Shown: positions 54,413 to 61,881 of the stretch, piece after piece | Layout of the letters: each line of letters starts with the position of its first letter | Numbering within the stretch: the stretch's first letter is position 1 | Source of the DNA: Phycisphaerae bacterium | Lineage (GTDB): Bacteria; Planctomycetota; Phycisphaerae; Sedimentisphaerales; UBA12454 | Assembly (NCBI GenBank): GCA_026386845.1 | Contig: JAPLMW010000039.1 | Span: 1 to 61,881, forward strand | Length of the DNA stretch: 61,881 nucleotides | Reading direction: 5' to 3' | Translations under genes and position numbers: made by a program | Notes under the pieces: generated by a model | Told to the model about the DNA's origin: nothing | The model's database searches: none | Seen by the model: the letters and a program-made list of their open reading frames with translations, nothing else

Positions 54413-56656
54413 ATGAATCCAATTAAGTGGATAAGACAGAATCAAACAAAGCTGATGGCCGTATTTGTAATCATCATTATGATAGCCTTCGTTATGCCGA
54501 CCCTGCTGAGCCAGTTGGCAAAGCCCCGCATGAAAGGCCCTGAGCAGGCAATGTGGCTATTCAACAAGGACAAGAAAATCAACCTTAATGATATCAGAGC
54601 GGCATCGAGCGAACTTTCCGCGATGAAAATACTTTATATTGATAAATTTCTTGTCAGTCAGCAGGATTTAAGGTTTGTGCTGCTCGGCCATTTGATATTC
54701 CCGGAAGCTGTCCCGCCGGCGGCATTAAGCGATGAAATAAAAAACATTGTCGCGCAAAATCGCCTCCGCGTAAGCTCGGTGAGAGTAAACGACTTATTCG
54801 AACAGACAAGAGGAAGAGCGGAGCTTTTCTGGATACTTTTAAAAGCGGAGGCAAAAAACGCAGGGTTCACCGTCCCGCCGCAGCGTGCCGGAGAAATACT
54901 CAGCGAGCTTATACCTAAAATCACCAACAATCAGATTGACGCTCAAACGCTCGTAAGAAACGCAGGACAAGTCAATGGGATGACGGATGACGGTGTGCTT
55001 TCGACCTTCGCAAATATTCTTGCCATTATCGCTTATGCCAGAGCAATTACCGATATGGAAGATGTTACGGAAGGACAAATGGCAAATCTGGCAGTAAGAG
55101 CAAACGAAACCATAAACGCCGAGTTCGTGGATTTCAGCAGTGAAACATTCATAGATAAAACAAGCGAACCTGACGAGGCCGAAATCGCCGGGCAGTTTGA
55201 AAAATATAAAAATTATTATGCGGATACAATAACAGAAGAAAATCCCTGCGGTTTCGGATACAAACAAAAACCGAGAGTCGCACTTGAATATATCATAATA
55301 AAACTCGAAGATATAAAAAAACTTGTAACGCCGCCGACCCAGGAAGAAACTGAAGAGTATTATCAGCAGAATATCGGGCGTTTCACCGAGGAGGTTCCCG
55401 AAGACGCAAACGACCCCAATTCCAAATTCATCAAAAAACAGAGAAGCTACGCCGAAGTTGCCGATATCATCAGAGATTTGCTGCTTAACGGAAAGGCAGG
55501 CACAAAGGCAAGAAACATTCTCGATGATGTTGTTGAACAGGCACAGGCCGGTTTTGAATCGCTCAGTTTTGAAACTGCTGCGGCCCGGCAGTTTAAGGAA
55601 AAAATGACGGACTACGCCGCCCCGGCTGAAAAAATCGCACAACAGAACAACATAAAAATATATACGGGAAAAACTGCTCCTCTGGCCGCAGAGGAAATGC
55701 AGCAGGACCGCTGTCTCGGCTCACTTATGATGCAGACTCAAAGCAAAGTGCCGACAAGTCTGACAAGACTGGCCTTTGCAGCAGAACAGCTCGGCAGCGA
55801 GGCTGCCAAACTCGGACCCTTTGACCCGCCAAAACCTAAAATGTATGTCAGCTTCGGACCTCTTATAGATAGTATGGGAACCATTATCGCTATGGTTCGC
55901 GTTATCGAAGCCGGAAATTCGGCTGTGCTGACAGATATAAACTTCAGTTACGAAAAGAATCTGCCTGCAGTTTTTGAAGACAAGCAGCAAAAGGAAAAAA
56001 CTTTTGTCCTGAAGGACAAAGTCAAACAGGATTGCAGAAAACTGGCGGCTTTTGAGACCGCCCGCCAAAAGGCAAACGAGTTTGCCGAACTGGCCAAAAA
56101 TAAGGGATGGGATGTCGCTATTGAAAAATTCAATTCGCTCTACCCATCTCGATTAAGTCCGCCGAAGTCGGCCAAAGACGGCAACGAAACCCAAAAAACC
56201 TTTGAAATACAGAAATGGGACCAAAAAACAAGAGTTTCCCGGACGGATGTCGAAATAGCAAAAACATGGGCGGCACAACTGCCCGGCATTGAACACCTCA
56301 TCAATCAGCGTGCAATCCAGGCAAAACTGATGGATAAATTTTATTCGCTTCTTCAACAACCAAATAAAGTCCGGCTTGAAGATGCAAATGTGCCGGCAGT
56401 TATTGAATTCCAGCCGCTGCTCAGCTGCTATGTAATAAAGAGTCTTAGCCGAAACCCTGTAACAACCGATGAATACGAAGCATCAAGGCAGCAAATCGCA
56501 TACAAGGAAAATTTTATATTGGCACAGAGTATGACGATTGAGCATTTTATGCCGGATAATATCATCAAGCGATTAAACTTCAGACCCGCCGCTGCCGAAC
56601 CAAATGAACCGAATAATCCGGCCAAACAAAACGACGCAAACGGAGCCAAACTGTGA
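54413..56656 (+). CDS. PpiD/SurA-N-like periplasmic chaperone candidate (N-terminal TM anchor)
   Basis: MNPIKWIRQNQTKLMAVFVIIIM anchor followed by a long soluble region. No clear parvulin motif. ATG 54413 is preceded by GGAG. Confidence 0.4.
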   Translation: MNPIKWIRQNQTKLMAVFVIIIMIAFVMPTLLSQLAKPRMKGPEQAMWLFNKDKKINLNDIRAASSELSAMKILYIDKFLVSQQDLRFVLLGHLIFPEAVPPAALSDEIKNIVAQNRLRVSSVRVNDLFEQTRGRAELFWILLKAEAKNAGFTVPPQRAGEILSELIPKITNNQIDAQTLVRNAGQVNGMTDDGVLSTFANILAIIAYARAITDMEDVTEGQMANLAVRANETINAEFVDFSSETFIDKTSEPDEAEIAGQFEKYKNYYADTITEENPCGFGYKQKPRVALEYIIIKLEDIKKLVTPPTQEETEEYYQQNIGRFTEEVPEDANDPNSKFIKKQRSYAEVADIIRDLLLNGKAGTKARNILDDVVEQAQAGFESLSFETAAARQFKEKMTDYAAPAEKIAQQNNIKIYTGKTAPLAAEEMQQDRCLGSLMMQTQSKVPTSLTRLAFAAEQLGSEAAKLGPFDPPKPKMYVSFGPLIDSMGTIIAMVRVIEAGNSAVLTDINFSYEKNLPAVFEDKQQKEKTFVLKDKVKQDCRKLAAFETARQKANEFAELAKNKGWDVAIEKFNSLYPSRLSPPKSAKDGNETQKTFEIQKWDQKTRVSRTDVEIAKTWAAQLPGIEHLINQRAIQAKLMDKFYSLLQQPNKVRLEDANVPAVIEFQPLLSCYVIKSLSRNPVTTDEYEASRQQIAYKENFILAQSMTIEHFMPDNIIKRLNFRPAAAEPNEPNNPAKQNDANGAKL

Positions 56657-57060
56657 AAGAAATAACTGCCGGAAAATCAGGATTGCCGGCCGTCGCGTAC
56701 CTTTTTCTGGTCGGAATTGCCGGCTGGTGGATACCCGGCGCAGGACACTGGCTTATCGGCCGGCCCAAAAGAGCCGCGATAATATTCTTTTCAATCGCGT
56801 TTGCGTTTGTGCTGGGAATCTGGTTCGGCTCAATCGCTGTTATTGACGCAAGCACGCCGTGGTATTGGGCACAAATGCTTAATTCGCCGGCGGTTGCGTA
56901 TCTTGCGCACCTTTCCGGCAGTGTATATCATCTTGAATCTTACGGAAAACCAAGAGAAATGGGCGAAATTTACACTGGCATCGCGGGAATGCTTAACCTC
57001 CTGTGCATCGTAAACGCCGTGTATGTGGCTCACTGTAAAAACATAAAAGAGCAAAGCTAA
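56653..57060 (+). CDS. hypothetical membrane protein
   Basis: 135 aa with three or four TM helices. It overlaps the upstream gene by 4 nt. Confidence 0.5.
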   Translation: MKEITAGKSGLPAVAYLFLVGIAGWWIPGAGHWLIGRPKRAAIIFFSIAFAFVLGIWFGSIAVIDASTPWYWAQMLNSPAVAYLAHLSGSVYHLESYGKPREMGEIYTGIAGMLNLLCIVNAVYVAHCKNIKEQS

Positions 57061-57320
57061 TGATAAACAGTTTAAATTTATGCCAGTACGTTCTCGCCGG
57101 ATTTATGTCGCCTATGGATATCGGCACGACCGCAAAGGGCCTGCTTCTTGCACTGCCGCTGATTGCGGTCATAGCAATAGTCTACAAAGCTATAAAACTC
57201 GAAGAGATTAAATTCGTCTCTTTCCTAAAGGAAGTTTTTCTCCTCTTCGGTTCAATCCTCGTCTTTATGATTATAACGGCAATAGTTCTCTTCGTGATTA
57301 TGAAGGCCGTTGTAGGATAA
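57060..57320 (+). CDS. hypothetical small membrane protein
   Basis: 86 aa with two or three TM helices. Its start abuts the upstream stop codon. Confidence 0.4.
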   Translation: MINSLNLCQYVLAGFMSPMDIGTTAKGLLLALPLIAVIAIVYKAIKLEEIKFVSFLKEVFLLFGSILVFMIITAIVLFVIMKAVVG

Positions 57321-58832
57321 TTAGAAGCGTTTTCTGAATCTCGTTGTTGGGATGTTCATTATCTTGCGGTATTTGGCAACCGTTCTGCGGGCAATATCCT
57401 TTACGCCCATTTGCTCGAGTTTCTTTTTTATAGCATCATCGCTGAGCGGTTTTGACTTGTCCTCTGAATCTATTATCTGCTGCATCTTGGCGCGGATTGC
57501 CTCAAAACTTTCAGATTCGCCGCTGTCGGTTTCCATTCCGCCGCCGAAAAGGTCTCGCAGCGGCATAATACCCTGCGGCGACTGAATATATTTGCCCGCG
57601 ACCGCACGCGAAACCGTCGCAACGTGAACGCCGACCATCTTGGCTATTTCCGACATCGGCAAGGGCTTCAAATACATCGTGCCCTTTTCAAAAAATTCCC
57701 TCTGGCGGCCGACAACAGCCTGACTTACACGCAGCAAAGTCTGTTTTCTCTGTTCAATCGCATCCAGCAGCCATCTTGCGGAGAGTATATTGGTCTTTAA
57801 AAAATCGCGGGTCTTGGTATCGAGCTTTTTGTCTTTGGCCATACCCGCGTAATTTTCGTTTATTCGAAGAGCAGGAACGCTTTTGTCGGCAAGATAAACT
57901 TTAAAATTGCCGCCTGTGGTGAGCTCTGTCGAACCATCCTCGGCGCCAACAACGATAATATCAGGTCTTATAGGGAAACTTTGTTCCTTGCTTATAACAA
58001 GGCCGGGAGATGTATCGAGTTTGCGCATACGCAAAAGAGCCTCTTTGACCCGCTCGATGGAACAATTCATCTTCTTTGCGATTTCCGGCAGCTTGTTCTC
58101 AAGAAGTTTATCAAGATACTTTGAAACAAGCTCCATTTCAAAGCTCATATCCTCGGAAGATTGAGCCATCTGTATCAACAAACATTCCTTTGCGTCGCGG
58201 GCGCCTACGCCGGCTGGCTCAAGCTGCTGAATAAGCTGCAATGCTTGTTCAAGATGCTCCATAGCAAAATCTTTTCTGTCCTTGTTATGAAGCTGCTCAA
58301 GCCTGACCTTCAGATAACCCTTCTCGTCGATATAATCTATAATTGCCTGCCCTGCCTTTTTGGTCTTTTCATCGGTATCCGCAAGCTGCCATTGTTCGGT
58401 AAGATAATCGTGCAAAGACCGTCCCCTGTCGGGGGTGTTGTTCATCGCCTCAAGTTTTCTGTCAGACTCTTCGCTATCACCAGTCCGTTTTGAAACTTCC
58501 GTCCGATGCAGGTAATCGTCCGTCCGTTCTGCAAAATCGTTCAGGCGTTCAAAACCATCGGCCTTATCCTGGTCGCTCTTGATTATCAGGTCTTTTTCGC
58601 CTGTCTCAACCTCGCCAGGCTGACCGACTGTTTGCTCCATCGTGGAATCCGCCGTCGTATCAGATTCGCCCTGCTCGGCAACTTCCAGAACAGGATTGCT
58701 GTTAAGCTCAGCCTCGATTTTTTCCAGAAGCGCAAGAGTCGTAAGCTGCAATATCTCCATCGACTGAATCATCCGCGGTGCAAGCTTCATCCGCTGCTCA
58801 AGACGCATTTGATGTGACATATCCATCTTCAT
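57321..58832 (-). CDS. rpoN: RNA polymerase sigma-54 factor
   Basis: RpoN box ARRTVAKYR, an HTH (IAKMVGVHVATVSRAV) and an N-terminal Gln/Leu-rich region. Confidence 0.95.
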   Translation of the reverse strand: MKMDMSHQMRLEQRMKLAPRMIQSMEILQLTTLALLEKIEAELNSNPVLEVAEQGESDTTADSTMEQTVGQPGEVETGEKDLIIKSDQDKADGFERLNDFAERTDDYLHRTEVSKRTGDSEESDRKLEAMNNTPDRGRSLHDYLTEQWQLADTDEKTKKAGQAIIDYIDEKGYLKVRLEQLHNKDRKDFAMEHLEQALQLIQQLEPAGVGARDAKECLLIQMAQSSEDMSFEMELVSKYLDKLLENKLPEIAKKMNCSIERVKEALLRMRKLDTSPGLVISKEQSFPIRPDIIVVGAEDGSTELTTGGNFKVYLADKSVPALRINENYAGMAKDKKLDTKTRDFLKTNILSARWLLDAIEQRKQTLLRVSQAVVGRQREFFEKGTMYLKPLPMSEIAKMVGVHVATVSRAVAGKYIQSPQGIMPLRDLFGGGMETDSGESESFEAIRAKMQQIIDSEDKSKPLSDDAIKKKLEQMGVKDIARRTVAKYRKIMNIPTTRFRKRF

Positions 58833-58982
58833 ATTTATCCCGCCTCAGGGACCGCTTCCAAGAAAAATCCGTACCTACTACGCAAATTCCATTCCAGTTC
58901 AGTTAAATATAGCAAATTGGGGTAAAAAAAGCAACCTGATGTGTAAAAATGATGAAAAACCGGCAAAAATCAGCCTAAAACG

Positions 58983-59588
58983 CTATTCCAGCTCGCATCT
59001 GCCGAGGATTGCATCGGTTAGGACTGCGCCGCCGGCGTATTCAATCTGGCTTCCGCCGGGAAGACCCCTTGCAAGACGGGTAACCTTTATGCCCAAAGGC
59101 TTTATCAGCGAACCGATATACAAAGCTGTGCCGTCGCCTTCAACGGTTGGGTTTGTCGCCATTACAACTTCAGTAATTTTTTCGCTGCGAAGACGGCTCA
59201 ATAAATGTTCGATTGTCAAATCTTCCGGCTCGATATTTTCCAGCGGTGCGATATGCCCGCCGAGAACGTGATAGACCCATTTGCAAAGTCCGGTCTTTTC
59301 CAAAGCGATAAGGTCTTGGAACTGCTCGACAACGCAAATAATACTTTTATCGCGCCTGTCGTCTGTGCAAATCGAGCACAAATCTCCCTCTGAAAGATTG
59401 TGGCATTGTTTGCATTGACGAATACTGCTTTTTAATTTCATTATCGCATCGGCAAGAGCAATGGCTTCGTTTTTGTCAGCTTTCAATATATGAAAAGCAA
59501 GCCTCTCAGCCGTCTTGGGTCCTATCCCCGGCAGCTTTGCCAGTTCTTCTATCAGTTTATTCAAACTTTGTGTATATGCCGAATTCAT
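58983..59588 (-). CDS. recR: recombination protein RecR
   Basis: HhH motif, a Cys4 finger (CKQCHNLSEGDLCSIC) and a Toprim domain. ATG 59588 is preferred over TTG 59603. Confidence 0.95.
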   Translation of the reverse strand: MNSAYTQSLNKLIEELAKLPGIGPKTAERLAFHILKADKNEAIALADAIMKLKSSIRQCKQCHNLSEGDLCSICTDDRRDKSIICVVEQFQDLIALEKTGLCKWVYHVLGGHIAPLENIEPEDLTIEHLLSRLRSEKITEVVMATNPTVEGDGTALYIGSLIKPLGIKVTRLARGLPGGSQIEYAGGAVLTDAILGRCELE

Positions 59589-59680
59589 CCCGCACCTATT
59601 CAATATTCAATTACATCCGCCCCGCAGCACGTTGCAGCGGGGTTCTATTCAACTTTATATATAATAAATAGGTGCGGTGG
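59589..59680 (-). mobile_element. MITE-like element (variant TIR CCGCACCTAT/ATAGGTGCGG) at the recR start codon
   Basis: The minus strand reads ATGAA-CCACCGCACCTAT...ATAGGTGCGGG-ATGAAT(recR). The ATGAA direct repeats are at 59685-59681 and 59588-59584. Confidence 0.55.
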
Positions 59681-59685
59681 TTCAT

Positions 59686-59731
59686 CCCACACCTTCTTTC
59701 TATTCTTATTTTATCGCTTTTTCAAAATAAT
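59686..59731 (-). mobile_element. 3' half of a family-2 MITE fused to the end of the HNH-AP2 gene
   Basis: The minus strand reads ATTATTTTGAAAAAGCGATAAAATAAGAATAGAAAGAAGGTGTGGG. This aligns with the last ~46 nt of the elements at 2324-2431 and 38164-38273. Confidence 0.5.
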
Positions 59732-60453
59732 GCAATCTTCAATTTTTCGGTTAGCCCCCGGACCTGCCTGTCCGACGAAGTCTTTACGAAGGCGGATGCC
59801 GGGGGGCAGACGCCGCTTGCGGCGTCTTTTATGATGACGGGGTTTTCAGGGAAATTCAAAACTGCGAATTCTCCATAGTATTTCTTTGCCGCCTCGTCAT
59901 AGGCCCTTGCCGCTTCTTCTTCGGTATCGAATGAGCCTAATCGTATGGCTGTTCCGTTATATTTTATGCCTGCGCGCCATTTTCTATCACAGTTTCTTTT
60001 GCTTACCCCTTTATATTTTGAGCTTGCAGGCCTTTTTCTTTTTTTACAGTTCATATTATTTTGTTGGATTGTCCCGATTCGCAGGTTCTGTTTTATATTA
60101 TTTAGTCCTTCTCCGTCTATATGGTCAACGACGAGCCTTACCCCGCCCTGAGCGCGGTCGAAGGGGGGAGCGTTCATAATTACACGGTGCATCGAGATAA
60201 TTTGTCTTCCTTCAAGGCGCACCACATAGCGTCCTCTTTCTTTGTCGTATAGTTGCCAGTTATATTCGGCCAATTTTTGATAATCGTCCGGGTCAACGAT
60301 GGTATAGCGGTATTTGGAAATTGTTTCTTTATCTTTGATTAGTTTGATGCGTCTGAATGCTATTCCGTAGCGTTTTGTTCTATAGCGCAGGAGAAAATAG
60401 ACAATGATGTTTTCTATAAAAGCCGGCACTTTAATTTGAAATTTTAAATACAT
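59722..60453 (-). CDS. HNH endonuclease with an AP2 DNA-binding domain
   Basis: HNH_3-like VVDHIDGEGLNNIKQNLRIGTIQQNNMN. AP2-like YKGVSKRN..WRAGIKYNG..IRLGSFDTEEEAARAYDEAA. The C-terminal ~35 aa are encoded by hairpin repeats. Confidence 0.8.
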   Translation of the reverse strand: MYLKFQIKVPAFIENIIVYFLLRYRTKRYGIAFRRIKLIKDKETISKYRYTIVDPDDYQKLAEYNWQLYDKERGRYVVRLEGRQIISMHRVIMNAPPFDRAQGGVRLVVDHIDGEGLNNIKQNLRIGTIQQNNMNCKKRKRPASSKYKGVSKRNCDRKWRAGIKYNGTAIRLGSFDTEEEAARAYDEAAKKYYGEFAVLNFPENPVIIKDAASGVCPPASAFVKTSSDRQVRGLTEKLKIALF

Positions 60454-60689
60454 TGGATTCCTTAACTCAAAACTAAGAACTCAAAACTCAAAACTATGTT
60501 GCCTCCGGCAACATAGCCCCTCCGTATTACCTGAGAAGTTGCGCGTTTTTGTCGAAATTTGAGCAAATTTTCCGAGGGTCGTTTTTGTAAATGCTTGTGG
60601 ATTATGGAGATAAATTTTTTTATTTTTTCAAAGCGCGCAACTTTTTTGTTGCGCATTTTTGCTTATCTGGACAAGATTGGTATGGTTAT

Positions 60690-60743
60690 TTAGCCCCTCG
60701 GCCTTTATCCTGCGTAGCCTTGGCGAAGCAGGATGCCGAGGGG
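60690..60743 (+). repeat. TTAGCC nested hairpin (CCCCTCGGC..ATCCTGC..GCAGGAT..GCCGAGGGG)
   Basis: Read directly. It belongs to the same family as 20312-20360 and 59751-59806. Confidence 0.7.
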
Positions 60744-60786
60744 TTCGTCTCAAATTTTCAATCTTCAATTTTAAATCGTATTCCCC

Positions 60787-60814
60787 TTGACAAACCCGAC
60801 TAAAATGGTATAAT
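60787..60814 (+). promoter_or_regulatory. near-consensus sigma-70 promoter TTGACA-N16-TGgTATAAT
   Basis: TTGACA at 60787-60792, an extended -10 TG at 60806-60807 and TATAAT at 60809-60814. ATG 60958 lies about 140 nt downstream. Confidence 0.55.
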
Positions 60815-60957
60815 ATCTGCCATAAAATCTAAATGGGAGATAAAGGAGCAAACTCGAAATTGAGAGTATACGAGTTTAGACTCGTGCACGTAATTTTTGT
60901 TTCTTTTGGTCTAACAACTTAAAGATCAAAATTTTTAAAGAAAAGAGAAACAAAACC

Positions 60958-61881
60958 ATGAGCAGGATGAGAGATAATACTGTCGGCAAGGTTGCTTTCC
61001 AATTTCTAAGGCACACAATTGCATCAATCTTTTTAATCACATTGTTTGCGGAGACTGCGTTTTGCAATGACTTCAACATCGGCCCCATTGGGATCAACGA
61101 CACATGGCAACTCACAGACATTGACATCGGCTGGAGCCCGGTTGGCGGTATCAGCGTGACCGGATACATTGGGTCGTTCGCTCTTCCGGTGAATGACGTT
61201 TACTCGGGAAATTGGAGCGATCCAACAACATGGTCATTGTCGAACATCGTTGTCCTATACGACAGAGCTAAGGCATGGCAGGACTTCCTTACAGGCCAAT
61301 CGGGGGTAGAGTACTCAAACGGCAACGTATCGTTCGCTTGGCAGGGCCTCACGCAGGGGCTTGGTCCAACGGAGCAATCGGTCACGTTTCCGATACCACT
61401 CTTGGATTATTCGCCAATAGTGAATGTCAACATTGGCACGAAGCTCGAATACAACGTCACACTGTCGCATAATATCCTGCTCGACCAAGATGCGACCCTA
61501 AATTTCCTTTCCGTTCAACCTGGTGCTCGGCTCGATTTTCAAGCTGGCAAGTCCATGGTTCTTCGGACGGGCATTTCGGAAAATGCCGGAACGATCACGG
61601 GGGCCGTACTGTCGATTCAAGATGGTGGAACGCTGACCAACCAGGGGAGTTTCGAGTGGAAGGGCGGAAGTATAGGAGGCAGTGGCGGTCTGACGAATCA
61701 GGGGAGCTTCACGATCAGCGGCAACGGCGGGCAGACTGTTGGGTATTGCATTGACGCTGGCTGGGGATATTTCGCTCCAGGGGCCTTAACGAACTCGGGG
61801 ACAATCACCCATGCGGCGGACGGCGTACTGCACATGGTCAAGGATTCAACGCTGAACAATCTCGCCGGTGCGGTGTATGAC
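60958..61881 (+). CDS. large secreted repeat protein, 5' part (runs off the window)
   Basis: My own translation shows the frame open from ATG 60958 to the window end. It has a signal-peptide-like IASIFLITLFAETAFC. Gly-rich repeats GGTLTNQGSF..GGLTNQGSFTISG..GALTNSGTITH follow. This ORF is not in the ORF track because it has no stop codon. Confidence 0.6.
   Translation, partial: MSRMRDNTVGKVAFQFLRHTIASIFLITLFAETAFCNDFNIGPIGINDTWQLTDIDIGWSPVGGISVTGYIGSFALPVNDVYSGNWSDPTTWSLSNIVVLYDRAKAWQDFLTGQSGVEYSNGNVSFAWQGLTQGLGPTEQSVTFPIPLLDYSPIVNVNIGTKLEYNVTLSHNILLDQDATLNFLSVQPGARLDFQAGKSMVLRTGISENAGTITGAVLSIQDGGTLTNQGSFEWKGGSIGGSGGLTNQGSFTISGNGGQTVGYCIDAGWGYFAPGALTNSGTITHAADGVLHMVKDSTLNNLAGAVYD

Noticed and set aside
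54839-55642. 267-aa ORF on the minus strand
   Set aside because: It runs antisense to the 755-aa chaperone-like gene, and its Phe/Cys-rich composition is typical of a shadow ORF.
60906-60920. GGTCTAAC match to the family-1 TIR core
   Set aside because: It is an isolated 8-mer with no partner repeat and no ATGA flank. A match of this length is expected by chance in a 62-kb window.
60860-60922. 20-codon TTG-initiated leader ORF (MRVYEFRLVHVIFVSFGLTT)
   Set aside because: The spacing from AAGGAG is long (11 nt), the start is non-ATG and I cannot assess conservation. I keep it only as part of the leader observation.

Overview
Chromosomal segment of a Gram-negative-type bacterium that includes dnaA at about 43.2 kb. 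The lineage guess is PVC/Planctomycetota-like, based on PEP-CTERM, FG-GAP/dockerin-like, GxxExxY, sigma-54 and LptB content, and it is low confidence. GC content was not computed. Gene content is mostly housekeeping. In order: an rmlA-C-D-B dTDP-rhamnose operon plus two fused glycosyltransferases (0-7.5 kb). An ArsR-controlled arsenic/thiol-redox cluster (9.3-16.5 kb) with an ArsP_1-type permease, ArsM, Acr3, two CcdA and four thioredoxin-fold proteins. Then an MFS transporter, a beta-CASP nuclease, tRNA-Thr(UGU), argB-argD-argF, rdgB, topA, a groES-like gene and an ArnT-like GT39. Next a CusRS-like two-component cassette, rsmE, parA, nusB, ribH, lptB-def-fmt-rsmB-dnaA and a SEDS protein. Finally FG-GAP and PEP-CTERM surface proteins, mltA, hemL, rpoN, recR, an HNH-AP2 endonuclease and the 5' part of a large secreted repeat protein. 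No rRNA, CRISPR, integrase or transposase was seen. The most unusual signal is the density of small repeat and mobile elements. (1) Small cassettes and MITE-like derivatives sit exactly on start codons or ATGA stop/start overlaps, flanked by ATGA(A/T) direct repeats and 11-13 bp terminal inverted repeats; one of them encodes a GIY-YIG nuclease. (2) A second GIY-YIG gene lies between 54-58 bp inverted repeats. (3) A GxxExxY nuclease-fold gene is bracketed by inverted 23-nt motifs and about 130-nt tandem repeats. (4) Hairpin modules (TTAGCC-hairpin, GTCATT-hairpin-AATC, 24-nt modules) occur in intergenic DNA and also in frame inside rsmB, rdgB, rmlD and the HNH-AP2 gene. Other points of interest: topA appears disrupted in its TOPRIM region. 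A 3.1-kb two-component cassette is flanked by a duplicated rsmE 3' end. argB has no canonical start codon.
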